From the NCBI GenBank assembly GCA_016839555.1, contig JAEOUA010000007.1:128001-192000 (forward strand): a stretch of DNA of 64,000 bases, in the 5' to 3' direction. Below the pieces are notes generated by a model that ran no database searches, was not told where the DNA came from, and saw only the letters and a list, made by a program, of their open reading frames with translations. Shown one piece after another: positions 50,956 to 60,834 of the stretch. A program made the position numbers and the translations under genes. Source of the DNA: Promethearchaeota archaeon. GTDB taxonomy: Archaea > Asgardarchaeota > Lokiarchaeia > Sigyniarchaeales > SOKP01. The first letter of the stretch is position 1. Each line of letters starts with the position of its first letter.

Positions 50956-53322
50956 TTATTCGTTGAGTATATTTTTTAAAGCTTCTATATTTTTTTTAAA
51001 TATTTGAGCGTTTCGAGAGTTTTCTAATCCCAATTCTATGAGAGTATCTAATGCCTGTTCAAAGGATCTTAAAGATGCCTCATAGTTCCCTTGCGCATAA
51101 TATATACTTCCGATGTTGTTAAGGCGGGTGGCTTTCCCCAAAAGGTCTCCCAGCTGCTCGGCAATCTTGAGCGCCTCTTCATACCGTTCTAACGCTTCGG
51201 GATAGTTTCCTTGCGCCTGATATATACCACCGATGTTGTTAAGGCGGGTGGCTTTCCCCGAAAGGTCTCCCAGCTGATCGGCAATCTTGAGCGCCTCCTC
51301 ATAGTATATCAACGCCTCGGAATAGTTTCCTTGCACCTGATATATACTCCCGATGTTGTTAAGGCGGGTAGCTTTCTTCGATAGGTCGCCCAGCTGATCG
51401 GCAATCTTGAGCGCCTCCTCATACCAATTAATTGCTTCGGAATAGTTCCCTTGCGCATAATATATCTTTCCGATGTTGTTAAGGCGGGTGGCTTTTCCCG
51501 AAAGATCCCCCAGCTGCTCATCAATCTTGAGCGCCTCCTCATACCGTTCTAACGCCTCGGGATAGTTCCCTTGCGCATAATATACACTCCCGATGTTGTT
51601 ATGGCGGGTGGCTTTTCCCGAAAGATCCCCCAGCTGATAGTCAATCTTGAGCGCCTCCTCATACCGTTCTAACGCCTCGGGATAGTTACCCTGCGCCCTA
51701 TATATCTCTCCGATGTTGTTAAGGTCTGTAGCTTTCCCCGAAAGGTCCCCCAACTGCTCATCAATCTTGAGCGCCTCCTCATACCGTTCTAACGCCTCGG
51801 GATAGTTCCCTTGCGCATAATATACACTCCCGATATTGATAAGGTCTGTAGCTTTCCCCGAAAGGTCGCCCAACTGCTCATCAATCTTGAGCGCCTCCTC
51901 ATATCGATTTATTGCTTCAGGATAGTTCCCTTGTGAATAATATATCTTTCCGATGTTGTTAAGGACACGGGCTTTCTTAGAAAGGTCGCCAAACTGCTCG
52001 ATAATCTTCAGCGCCTCCTCATACCTATTTATTGCTTCAGGATAATTCCCCTGTGCATAATATATACTCCCGATGTTGTTAAAATGGGTAGCTTTTTCTG
52101 AAAGGTCGCTCAGCTGCTTATCAATCTTGAGCGCCTCCTCATAGTATTTCAGTGCCTCGGTATAGTTCCCTTGCGATCCATAAATTGTCCCCATTGAGCT
52201 CAGCGCAAAAGCTTTCCAGGAGAGATCTTCTTGTTCTTCTGCGAGCTTAAGAATTGTCGTTAGACACCGCATTGAATCGGGATGCTTATTAAAATTATCA
52301 TAGATTTTATAGGGGATTGAAAATTTCTGGAAACTATCCGCAGCTTTGATATTATCTTTAAGAAAAGTGGTGGATTTCAACGAAAAATTTTTCGCATTAA
52401 GTGATGGTTTCGTTTCCAATAAATCATTCACCAAGCGTAATGTATTGGTTTCCACCCGGTAGATATATCTTGTGTTTCGCATTCTGTAGATGCCACTGAG
52501 GATTTGATTCACTTTATCTGATTGATCTAAATGTAATATTGTTTTACCATCGATTTCATAAATTTGTTCTCTTCCACCGTCATCTAATTTGTAATCGATC
52601 CACACAATAGTTTCCACATCCTTAAGCACTTGTAAAGTGGGCACTATATCGAAGTCATCACTTCCCGAATAGCCCATCACGACCAATGTCCGCCCTCTTG
52701 AGATATTATTAAATAGTGGGCGCTTAAAGGGCTCTAACTGGAATACGCTTTCTCCTTCTTTTCCTAAGCCAAACGCCTGTATGGTTGCCACTAAAGAATC
52801 CTTGGTACTTTCTTGAGTGATTATATTTTTAGGAGAGCCGTGAATCTTATAGACTACCTTTTTGCCTTCTTGAAATAATGCTTCGGGATTGTTATATGTT
52901 TCGAAATCGTTTCTAGTAATTACAGGAACAATCTCATTTTTGGGAACGCCCGATTGCTCTAAGGCATGTTCGATAAGAAAGTCGAAGTTGGTGGTCATCA
53001 CAAAATGTCCTTTCTGAAGCATCTCCGCCAGAAAATAGTGTTGGAGATTCGGGGTATCGCACATACCATAGTAATCGATAATTTTAAGCTCGGGATCTAA
53101 TCGGTCTCGAATAATTTCGACTAACTGCTCGAATCTCAATTCTTTTAAGTCTAATAGCTTCTCAATTTCGCTTTCGGCACAAGTAACGTTAATAATAGCC
53201 TCTATCATGGCTCGCCCTGTCGGAAGGCACGAGGGCGTATCCACTGAGCAACCCGCTCCCACTAAAAAGCTCAGCTTTTTGCCATTAATAAGCTCTTTAA
53301 AGCTCTGATTTTTACGGGTCAT
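50956..53322 (-). CDS. SIR2-like (SIR2_2) domain + TPR repeat protein
   Basis: FLVGAGCS, TTNFD, KIHGS and GYSGSDDFD sirtuin-like motifs, followed by about 10 40-aa TPR units. Confidence 0.9.
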   Translation of the reverse strand: MTRKNQSFKELINGKKLSFLVGAGCSVDTPSCLPTGRAMIEAIINVTCAESEIEKLLDLKELRFEQLVEIIRDRLDPELKIIDYYGMCDTPNLQHYFLAEMLQKGHFVMTTNFDFLIEHALEQSGVPKNEIVPVITRNDFETYNNPEALFQEGKKVVYKIHGSPKNIITQESTKDSLVATIQAFGLGKEGESVFQLEPFKRPLFNNISRGRTLVVMGYSGSDDFDIVPTLQVLKDVETIVWIDYKLDDGGREQIYEIDGKTILHLDQSDKVNQILSGIYRMRNTRYIYRVETNTLRLVNDLLETKPSLNAKNFSLKSTTFLKDNIKAADSFQKFSIPYKIYDNFNKHPDSMRCLTTILKLAEEQEDLSWKAFALSSMGTIYGSQGNYTEALKYYEEALKIDKQLSDLSEKATHFNNIGSIYYAQGNYPEAINRYEEALKIIEQFGDLSKKARVLNNIGKIYYSQGNYPEAINRYEEALKIDEQLGDLSGKATDLINIGSVYYAQGNYPEALERYEEALKIDEQLGDLSGKATDLNNIGEIYRAQGNYPEALERYEEALKIDYQLGDLSGKATRHNNIGSVYYAQGNYPEALERYEEALKIDEQLGDLSGKATRLNNIGKIYYAQGNYSEAINWYEEALKIADQLGDLSKKATRLNNIGSIYQVQGNYSEALIYYEEALKIADQLGDLSGKATRLNNIGGIYQAQGNYPEALERYEEALKIAEQLGDLLGKATRLNNIGSIYYAQGNYEASLRSFEQALDTLIELGLENSRNAQIFKKNIEALKNILNE
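51081..52200 (-). repeat. Intragenic 120-bp tandem repeat array (about 9-10 near-identical units)
   Basis: tcaatcttgagcgcctcctc and ccgatgttgttaagg recur every 120 bp. Confidence 0.95.
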
Positions 53323-53454
53323 TAATTTTCCTACTAATTATATTGAATTTGGAATATGAATAATTATGAAGATAAACATAAATTTATATTTAAATTTTAG
53401 ATATATCCCAAAAAAAAAGAGAATATTCCTTTTTAATTTTCCTTAAGACCAGAT

Positions 53455-53820
53455 CAAGGCTCGGGAAAGAAATTATAATCGTTGGTAGAAATATCTTCCA
53501 AAAACAGTAATATCTGTTTGGGATGTTTCTCTTCTAACAATATAAAGATTAATCGTTTAAATACATGCTCTATGGCAAACTTTTCTGCCTCTAGCTTTAT
53601 CTGATCTATAACACTAAAAATATTCTTATTTACAACCTCTCATTAATTAGGATCATCTACCATTCGTGAACTATCATAAGTTGAAATATAGATTGTAATA
53701 GCATGTCCGATCATTACTAACGACCCAATTCGGACATCGAGCGCTAATTGTGCTTAGAGAGGCACGAAAACGGAAGGTCCAATCTCCGGAGCTTTGAATT
53801 TGAGGGATATCAGATCCGAG
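53455..53820 (-). pseudogene. Degraded gene remnant, N-terminal part resembling a gamma-carbonic anhydrase/hexapeptide protein
   Basis: Frame reads SDLISLKFKAPEIGPSVFVPL*AQLALDVRIGSLVMIGHAITI...DPN**EVV... with several stops. Confidence 0.3.
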
Positions 53821-53865
53821 GTATAAATAGATAAAAACTTTTTCTATCAAAGCTTTTTTTTCCCA

Positions 53866-53886
53866 ATTTTATCAAAGTGGAATATG
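53866..53886 (+). repeat. Direct repeat copy 2 flanking the SIR2-TPR gene
   Basis: attttatcaaagtggaatatg, identical to 50836..50856. Confidence 0.8.
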
Positions 53887-54024
53887 CTAAAGATTTATTA
53901 TAAAAGCAAACTATAAATAAAAGAAAGTGCTAATAATAATTTATAATAGTAGAAATTACTCAAATGGAAGTGAGAAAAGATAACAGTATCAGATGAATCA
54001 AAATTTAGTGATAATGTAAAAAAG

Positions 54025-55071
54025 TTGATGCAAGAGTATCAAAAGATTCAGATGAAAGCAGTAGGTGAATTTCTCAAGCGAAAAGAAAATCAGAAAATCA
54101 ATTTTTTAGACCTTTGGAATAAATTGATGGATGCCAATGCTCTTTGGGTCGACACTAAGGGAAAAGATTTAACTTACGAGGATTTATCTAATTTAACTAC
54201 TCATGAAGAGCGGATGTTTCTTGCTAAATTTATTCGAGATATATTCGATTATACTTCTGAACTCCAGGAAAAAGAAGATCCGCTGCCAGAAAGCATAAAA
54301 ATCGAGCAAATTGAGGCCAATGAAGTACCTGCTGAATGGCAGATTGTTCCAAACGCGAATGAAGAAAGAGTTTTACTATATTTTCATGGGGGAGGTATGG
54401 TTTTAGGTTCTCCAAGAAATTCTCGATATCTCACGGTGGAAATTGCGAAAGCTACGAAAATGAAAGTATTAAGTGTAGATTATCGTTTAGCTCCAGAACA
54501 TCCCCATCCTGCGGGACAAGAAGATTGTATGAAAGTGTACGAATGGCTCCTTTCGGAAGGTTACAAACCAAAAAACATCATTTTAGGAGGATTATCCGCG
54601 GGGGGTTATTATACAATTATAACGCTTTTAAGATTGAGAGATGAAGGGAAACCATTACCATTGGGAGGTGTATGTCTTTCTCCTGCCACGGATTTAAGAG
54701 AAGAGGGTCAAGATGATTTGTTTTACCAAAATGCAAGGACCGATCCAATTTTGGCAGATTCTGGGTTGTTATTATGGTGTACCATCGCATATTTAGGAGG
54801 AAAAGACCCAAATGATCCCTATATAACTCCCCTCCTGGCTGATTTAAAGGACTTACCTCCCTTATTAATTCAAGCTAGCACTTCTGAAATACTTTATAGC
54901 AACGCTAAAAAATTTTACGAGAAAGCAAAAGAAGCCGGTGTAAACGTAAAATTTGAAACATGGGATAATGTTCCTCACGGATTTCATTCTTTTGGATTAA
55001 ATATCTTACCAGAAGCACAAGACGCTATCAAACACATTAAAATGTTTGTTGATGGGTTATTTCATCAATAA
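54025..55071 (+). CDS. Alpha/beta hydrolase, hormone-sensitive-lipase-like esterase
   Basis: HGGG oxyanion motif, DYRLAPEHP, GLSAG nucleophile and HGF. Confidence 0.92.
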   Translation: MMQEYQKIQMKAVGEFLKRKENQKINFLDLWNKLMDANALWVDTKGKDLTYEDLSNLTTHEERMFLAKFIRDIFDYTSELQEKEDPLPESIKIEQIEANEVPAEWQIVPNANEERVLLYFHGGGMVLGSPRNSRYLTVEIAKATKMKVLSVDYRLAPEHPHPAGQEDCMKVYEWLLSEGYKPKNIILGGLSAGGYYTIITLLRLRDEGKPLPLGGVCLSPATDLREEGQDDLFYQNARTDPILADSGLLLWCTIAYLGGKDPNDPYITPLLADLKDLPPLLIQASTSEILYSNAKKFYEKAKEAGVNVKFETWDNVPHGFHSFGLNILPEAQDAIKHIKMFVDGLFHQ

Positions 55072-55388
55072 AATTATATTCATATTAAGAACTGAAAAGT
55101 GAGTCTCTAAGAAATTTTTACATATCAATCTATCTTTTACCTTTTTTTTATTCTGTCTCTTTCTTTGATATTGCTATTCCAAAACCAGATTAAATATCAT
55201 AATCAATGCAATTTAGATATAAAAAAGTAGATCCATCTCCTTGTAAGTATCTTGAGTGCAAAAATATTACTCCTAAAAACTGATCCCAAATTGAGATTTT
55301 CATTTCATAAAATAATTATTTCAAAAATATTTAAATACAAGATTAGCATATTTTTTTATACTGAAGAAAAAAAAGAAGGTGATAAAGA

Positions 55389-55601
55389 ATGGTCGGGATG
55401 GTTTATAAATCAATAGAATTAGTTGGCACAAGCGATAAAAATTGGGCTGAAGCAGTAAAAAACGCTTATAAAGAGGCTAAAAAAACTCTCCGGGGTATTA
55501 GAAACATTAGTATTATTCAGTCAGATGTTAAAGTGAAAGAGGATACCGACACTCTTATATATCGAGTAAGGTGTCAAGTGAATTTTGAGCTTGAGAAATA
55601 A
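55389..55601 (+). CDS. Dodecin family flavin-binding protein
   Basis: VYKSIELVGTS..W..AVKNA...A.KTLRGI; SD GGTGA upstream. Confidence 0.9.
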   Translation: MVGMVYKSIELVGTSDKNWAEAVKNAYKEAKKTLRGIRNISIIQSDVKVKEDTDTLIYRVRCQVNFELEK

Positions 55602-55819
55602 TTTTTTACTGTACTAAAATTTTAAATTTTAATTTTTTTTTTATTTTTTTTATTTATTCTTTTATATATTTCTTTTCTATATTTTTTTCTTTTTATTTGA
55701 AGAGGTATATTTTAGTATATTTAATTAAGATTTAATAACAACGCTTTTTTAATTTCCTACATAAATTAGTGTATTAAGCAATTAGACTTAATGGAAAAAT
55801 AAGAAGTACCCACAATAAA

Positions 55820-56311
55820 ATGGAAAAAGTATATTTTAAAAAAGTCAGAAAAAATGTGGAGCTTCCTCAACCTTCAAAGCGAGGAGATGCGGGAGCGGAT
55901 GCGAGGATCATGGGATTTAAAAAAATCCAGAGAGAAGGGAAGGATAAAAAATTAATTGATATCGATTCAGATAGTTATGTTTTAAAACCCTTAGAACGAG
56001 TGGGATGCGCCTTAGGGTTTGCAACAGCAATTCCGCAAGGATATTATTTTAAGGTGGTGCCTCGAAGCGGACTTGCGCTTTGGGATGGGCTTACGATTTT
56101 AAACACGCCGGGAACTATAGATTCTGGATATCGAAATGAATGGATGGCAATTGTAGCTAATCTCTCAAATAAGGAAGTAACCTTACACAAGGGTGATAGG
56201 ATTTGTCAGATAATATTTGGCAAACTCCACGATTATCAAGGTATTGAAGTAGATGAATTACCCTCATCCGAGAGAGGTTTGGGTGGTTTTGGGTCTACTG
56301 GAAAAAAATAG
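55820..56311 (+). CDS. dut: dUTPase
   Basis: GDAGAD, PRSGLA, GTIDSGYR, RICQ and RGLGGFGSTG. Confidence 0.96.
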   Translation: MEKVYFKKVRKNVELPQPSKRGDAGADARIMGFKKIQREGKDKKLIDIDSDSYVLKPLERVGCALGFATAIPQGYYFKVVPRSGLALWDGLTILNTPGTIDSGYRNEWMAIVANLSNKEVTLHKGDRICQIIFGKLHDYQGIEVDELPSSERGLGGFGSTGKK

Positions 56312-56435
56312 ATTTTTTGTAAACTTTTCCTCTTTAAGTAAGAATCTTAACATTCAAATGTTTAGAAAGATATATCTAATTGACTTTGTCAATAACATAA
56401 TAAACTAATTATATAAAGTCATTAGGTTATAAAAA

Positions 56436-57962
56436 GTGAATAAAAAGAATAAAGAACCGATGCCTAAGGATCATTTTCTTTATAAGATTTTAAATCCCGA
56501 TTCGATAGCTGTTTTTGGAGCAAATAATAATCTTCTCACTACAATGGGTTCAATGCAATTACGGAATATCATTACTGGAGGATTTAAAGGGGAAATATAT
56601 CCAATACACCCTAAATTAACCCAAGTGCAAGGATATAAAGCATATCAAAATATTCTTGATGTTCCAGAAACTCCTGACTTAGCATTCCTGATTCTTCCAC
56701 CAAGAGTGATCCCGGAAGTCTTAAAAGAATGTGGAGAAAAAGGCATAAAACGATTAATTATTACTTCTGGAGGATTTAGAGAAATTGGGGAAGATGGAAA
56801 GCAATTATCTCAAGAAGTTAATCAAATAGCTGAAACCTATGATATGAGGTTTGTTGGACCCAACTGTTTAGGAATTTATAATGGGTGGTATGATCCAGAA
56901 GTGAAAGATTCATATTTTAATACAATGTGGATATATGAGACTCCAGAGAGAGGAAATATCTCTATTGTGTCTCAATCTGGTACTATTGCGTGTCATGTCT
57001 TCTGGCATTGCCAAGATTGGGGTGTGAAGATTGGTAAATCATTATCAATCGGTAATGAACTAAATATTGATATTTTAGACTATTTAGAATATTTCAGACA
57101 AGATCCGCAAACTCAAGTCATAGGAATTTATCTAGAAGAGATAAAACGGGGTAGGAAATTTGTAGAGTTAGCTAAAGAAATAACCCCAGAGAAACCAATA
57201 GTAGCTATCTATGCAGGTGGTACAGAAGCTGCCGAGCGTTCGATCAAGAGCCATACCGGTGCGATAGGAGGCAATCAAAAAATTTATGATGCTGTATTTA
57301 AAGAAACTGGAATTATTTCAACCACTTCAATGACTGACTTTTTATACTATCTACGTACCTTATCTTTCGCGCAAAATGATAAAATCTATCTAAATGGGGA
57401 TAAAGTGGGGATTATTACTGATTCTGGGGGAAGTGGAAGTATGATGACAAAAACAGCAGAACAATTAGGATTAAAAGTCCCTCGCTTTAGTAAAGAGTTG
57501 CAATCAGAAATTCAAAAAAAAATTCCATATACAGCAAGCGCTCTGAATCCAATCGATGTAACTTTTGATACTGATTTTATAAACTTACTCAAGAGCTTCC
57601 CCAAAATATTAATGGAATCAGGAGAGGTGGATGCGATAATTGTATATGGAGTTTTTGATTTTGACGATGTGCTAAAAACTATGGAAGAATCAGGAATGAA
57701 AATTAATGATGAAATGAAGCAAATAAGTGATATGATTCAGCGAGCCGTTTTTAAACCGATCAAACGTTTAATGAAAAAATATTCTTTACCAGTCTTTTAT
57801 GTAGGTCCGATGCCATACAGATTTGAATGGTATCGGAAATTCATTTCCCATGATATTCCTATATTTTCACTCTGGGATGCTCCCTCAAAATGTTTGAAAA
57901 TACTTTATGATTATTCTCAACACCGCAACAAATTTAAAACATTCAAAAATAATTCTGTATGA
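56436..57962 (+). CDS. acdA: Acetate/acyl-CoA ligase (ADP-forming) alpha subunit
   Basis: CoA-binding domain, GPNCLG, SQSG, SIGN, SHTGAI (phospho-His), DSGG and NPID. Confidence 0.88.
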   Translation: MNKKNKEPMPKDHFLYKILNPDSIAVFGANNNLLTTMGSMQLRNIITGGFKGEIYPIHPKLTQVQGYKAYQNILDVPETPDLAFLILPPRVIPEVLKECGEKGIKRLIITSGGFREIGEDGKQLSQEVNQIAETYDMRFVGPNCLGIYNGWYDPEVKDSYFNTMWIYETPERGNISIVSQSGTIACHVFWHCQDWGVKIGKSLSIGNELNIDILDYLEYFRQDPQTQVIGIYLEEIKRGRKFVELAKEITPEKPIVAIYAGGTEAAERSIKSHTGAIGGNQKIYDAVFKETGIISTTSMTDFLYYLRTLSFAQNDKIYLNGDKVGIITDSGGSGSMMTKTAEQLGLKVPRFSKELQSEIQKKIPYTASALNPIDVTFDTDFINLLKSFPKILMESGEVDAIIVYGVFDFDDVLKTMEESGMKINDEMKQISDMIQRAVFKPIKRLMKKYSLPVFYVGPMPYRFEWYRKFISHDIPIFSLWDAPSKCLKILYDYSQHRNKFKTFKNNSV

Positions 57963-58161
57963 AATTCTTACCTTTTTAAATCCTCAAAAGTTGAAATCGC
58001 TGTTTTTCTTTTTATTTATTTTAGACTAAACAATTATAACTATTCGTGCAGCAATTTCATGATTTAGTAGAAGTAATATCTTTTTGAATGATATATAAAT
58101 TTATTATTAGATTTATTTTATTTATTGAGAGAAAGAGAATTATAAATTTTTTTATATATAT

Positions 58162-59175
58162 ATGATAAATAATTTATTCTTGAGATTTTATAATCCTCCA
58201 GCAGCTCTTTTGGCTTCAGGCTCAAAAGAAGGAGTAGAATTAGGTGGCTCTAAGCTCATCCTTAGTATAGATGGGGATCATAATTTCTACAACGAGGGCT
58301 TGATTTATACAGAAATGAGTTGGGCAGAATTTTATAAAGATATCATCGGGCTGGAGGATCAAATAGATACATTCACCACTCAAGAGTTTGAATCAATAAG
58401 AGAAGATCCTAAAGCACTAGTTGAAACAATCGTGTCAAGCATTAAAAAAATTATGACTCAAGAAAAATTATTTTATGGACTCGGAGATTTTGAAGTAGAT
58501 GCCTTCATGAATCAAAACACAGTAATTCCTGGACTAAAATTAGAGAGTACATTGATAAATAAATTGATGGAAGCCCATAAAGAATTTAGGGATACTACAA
58601 AGTTTCCTAAATTAATGAAAGAAGAAGCAAATACAAAATTTATAAATATTACAATTCAAGGCACAAATAAAGAAAGGCTAAGGATTAAAGGGAAAAATCT
58701 CGAGGATATCGCTGATAAATTAAGATTTGCTAAAGGATTTGCTACAGGATTGATAGTATCTTCCAATAAATCTGCAAACTTTTTTATTATGAATGATAGA
58801 ATAGTATTTAAAGAAAATCAGGAACCGGAATTCTATATTGATAAAGATTGTATTATAATTATTGAATCTGGTATTGAGAGGAAGAGGCTTTTTCCAATTA
58901 GTTGGTTTAGATTTGATATTGGAATTCGATCTTTAAAAACTCTTGATTTGTGGGATGAAATTAAGGATGATCCTAATCTAATACAAGTTTTAAACGAATA
59001 TAATTCTTATATTGAAAAACTAATTATAAAAAAATATATAACTCTTAGCACTTCAGAGGATATTGACACAGATTTCGAGAAGGAATTTTTTAAATTAAAT
59101 CCAGCTCAGCGAAGAAAAGCATTAAAAGACATGCTAGATGCCATAAGGGAATTAACTAAAAAACTAGAGGAGTAG
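58162..59175 (+). CDS. Hypothetical protein
   Basis: 337-aa ORF with normal composition; no family recognised. Confidence 0.7.
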   Translation: MINNLFLRFYNPPAALLASGSKEGVELGGSKLILSIDGDHNFYNEGLIYTEMSWAEFYKDIIGLEDQIDTFTTQEFESIREDPKALVETIVSSIKKIMTQEKLFYGLGDFEVDAFMNQNTVIPGLKLESTLINKLMEAHKEFRDTTKFPKLMKEEANTKFINITIQGTNKERLRIKGKNLEDIADKLRFAKGFATGLIVSSNKSANFFIMNDRIVFKENQEPEFYIDKDCIIIIESGIERKRLFPISWFRFDIGIRSLKTLDLWDEIKDDPNLIQVLNEYNSYIEKLIIKKYITLSTSEDIDTDFEKEFFKLNPAQRRKALKDMLDAIRELTKKLEE

Positions 59176-59177
59176 AA

Positions 59178-59483
59178 TTACTCTTTTAAAATCCGGGGTG
59201 CTTTAATATAACCGTCTTTTGTATGTTGGGCGTTTTTTAATGCCTCTTCTTGACTTAAGCCTTCCCACGGTTTATCTTCCCTAAACACATTCTTTAGTTC
59301 TTCAATAGGATGCCGTGTAGGTTCCACATTTTCTGTATCTAGATTGTTTAATTTTTTAAAATAAGAGAGAATACTATTTAGCTGTTTAGAAAATGTCTCT
59401 TTTTCTTCTGGTGTTAATTCTAATAATGCTAAATCCGCAATTTGCTCTATGATATCCTTTGAGATTTCTTTATCATTCGTCAT
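59178..59483 (-). CDS. gatC: Asp-tRNA(Asn)/Glu-tRNA(Gln) amidotransferase subunit C
   Basis: IADLALLEL, ILSYFKKL..LDTENVEP, NVFRED, ALKNA and YIKAPRI. Confidence 0.93.
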   Translation of the reverse strand: MTNDKEISKDIIEQIADLALLELTPEEKETFSKQLNSILSYFKKLNNLDTENVEPTRHPIEELKNVFREDKPWEGLSQEEALKNAQHTKDGYIKAPRILKE

Positions 59484-59606
59484 TATTTAAAGAAATAAAC
59501 CGTTTTACTTTATTTTTTATAATACTAAAGATATTATTATTTTTTTCTTTTTGTTATATAATCAATTTAACAATTCTCAAATAAAATCATAATTTTTTAA
59601 AAAACG

Positions 59607-59960
59607 ATGAGTAGTAAAAATAGGTTATGGCGCGAGATTCCCGGATATGTTTTCGTTGCGTTAGCTCGTAGAGGCATGGAAAAGATCCCATTAGATCAAT
59701 GTTTTTTGCCTGGTTGCGACAATAATGATATTAATGAATTAGAACCTTTCGATATCGAAGAACATGATGATGACGAGAAAAATATTAAAATCATTAAAAT
59801 TAAATGCCATAAGTGCCAAGGTATCTTTCAATTCAAACTCGAAACTTTAAAAAAAGTAGCTAAAAAAGTTGGTGATAGCGAAGAAAAACCATTATCTATG
59901 GGAATTGCTTATGCCTTAGATGAAAAAGGTAAAAATCTCGGACATATTGGCTATTTTTAA
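59607..59960 (+). CDS. Hypothetical small zinc-binding protein
   Basis: CFLPGC ... CHKC. Confidence 0.65.
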   Translation: MSSKNRLWREIPGYVFVALARRGMEKIPLDQCFLPGCDNNDINELEPFDIEEHDDDEKNIKIIKIKCHKCQGIFQFKLETLKKVAKKVGDSEEKPLSMGIAYALDEKGKNLGHIGYF

Positions 59961-60049
59961 TGGTATAGAATGTATTAAAACATAAATTTTTTTCTTGATT
60001 AATTTTATTGAATTATTATTTAGTATTGAAAAAGGGTGATGCGCTAAAG

Positions 60050-60742
60050 ATGAGATTTAACCTATATCTCTTTGATCTTGATAATTCTTTATTATATATT
60101 CCAGATCCACCATCATATTTTGATAATATTTTAGTGGAAACAATCAAATCATTTACGATCAAAGAAATACCTTCCAGAGAGGAAAGAAATAAGTTTTGGA
60201 ACTCTGGAGAAGATTATATGGTTCTTTTACAAAAATGGGGAATCAAATTAAAAGAAGGAGAACTTTTTTGGAGGAAATTTGATGCTAATGATTTTGAAAA
60301 AAGAAGAATCTTAATTGCCGATAATAAGATCACTCTCTTTTTAGATGTATTAAATGTACTTAATAAATTGAAGGCGGCTGGAAAGAAATTAGCCTTAGTT
60401 TCCAATACGGCCAAATACATTGTTAATTACGTAATAAAAGAGTTTAAGCTTGAAAATTATTTTCATGATATATTTGCATTAGGATATGGAATAGAACAAG
60501 AAATTGCAAAACCTTCTCCTAAAGGGATATCTCTTATATTAAAAAATTTAGGATTTAATCCAAATAAATCATCTGCAATAATGATAGGTGATTCAAAAAT
60601 TGATATTATTGCCGCAAAAAGAGCAAATATAAATGCCTGTCTCCTAAAGAGAAATTTATGGAAATTTTCAGAAACAGTGGATGCATGGGAATATCAACCA
60701 GACTTTATTATCGAAAATTTAGAAGAAATATTTACCCTTTAA
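60050..60742 (+). CDS. HAD family hydrolase (phosphoglycolate phosphatase-like)
   Basis: FDLDNSL, VSN, KPSP and IGDSKID. ATG 60050 follows GGGTGA and is preferred over the track's TTG 60008. Confidence 0.9.
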   Translation: MRFNLYLFDLDNSLLYIPDPPSYFDNILVETIKSFTIKEIPSREERNKFWNSGEDYMVLLQKWGIKLKEGELFWRKFDANDFEKRRILIADNKITLFLDVLNVLNKLKAAGKKLALVSNTAKYIVNYVIKEFKLENYFHDIFALGYGIEQEIAKPSPKGISLILKNLGFNPNKSSAIMIGDSKIDIIAAKRANINACLLKRNLWKFSETVDAWEYQPDFIIENLEEIFTL

Positions 60743-60834
60743 GTATTAAATTATTCTATTATATTACTTTTCATATGATATACAAAAATATTTTACTCTC
60801 TATTCTTATAAATTAATGTAATAACACATATTAG

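Noticed and set aside
51081-52200. Regular repeats suggesting a CRISPR array or a DGR template/variable pair
   Set aside because: The 120-bp period is in frame and encodes TPRs. There are no unique spacers, cas genes or reverse transcriptase, and differences are not adenine-specific by eye.
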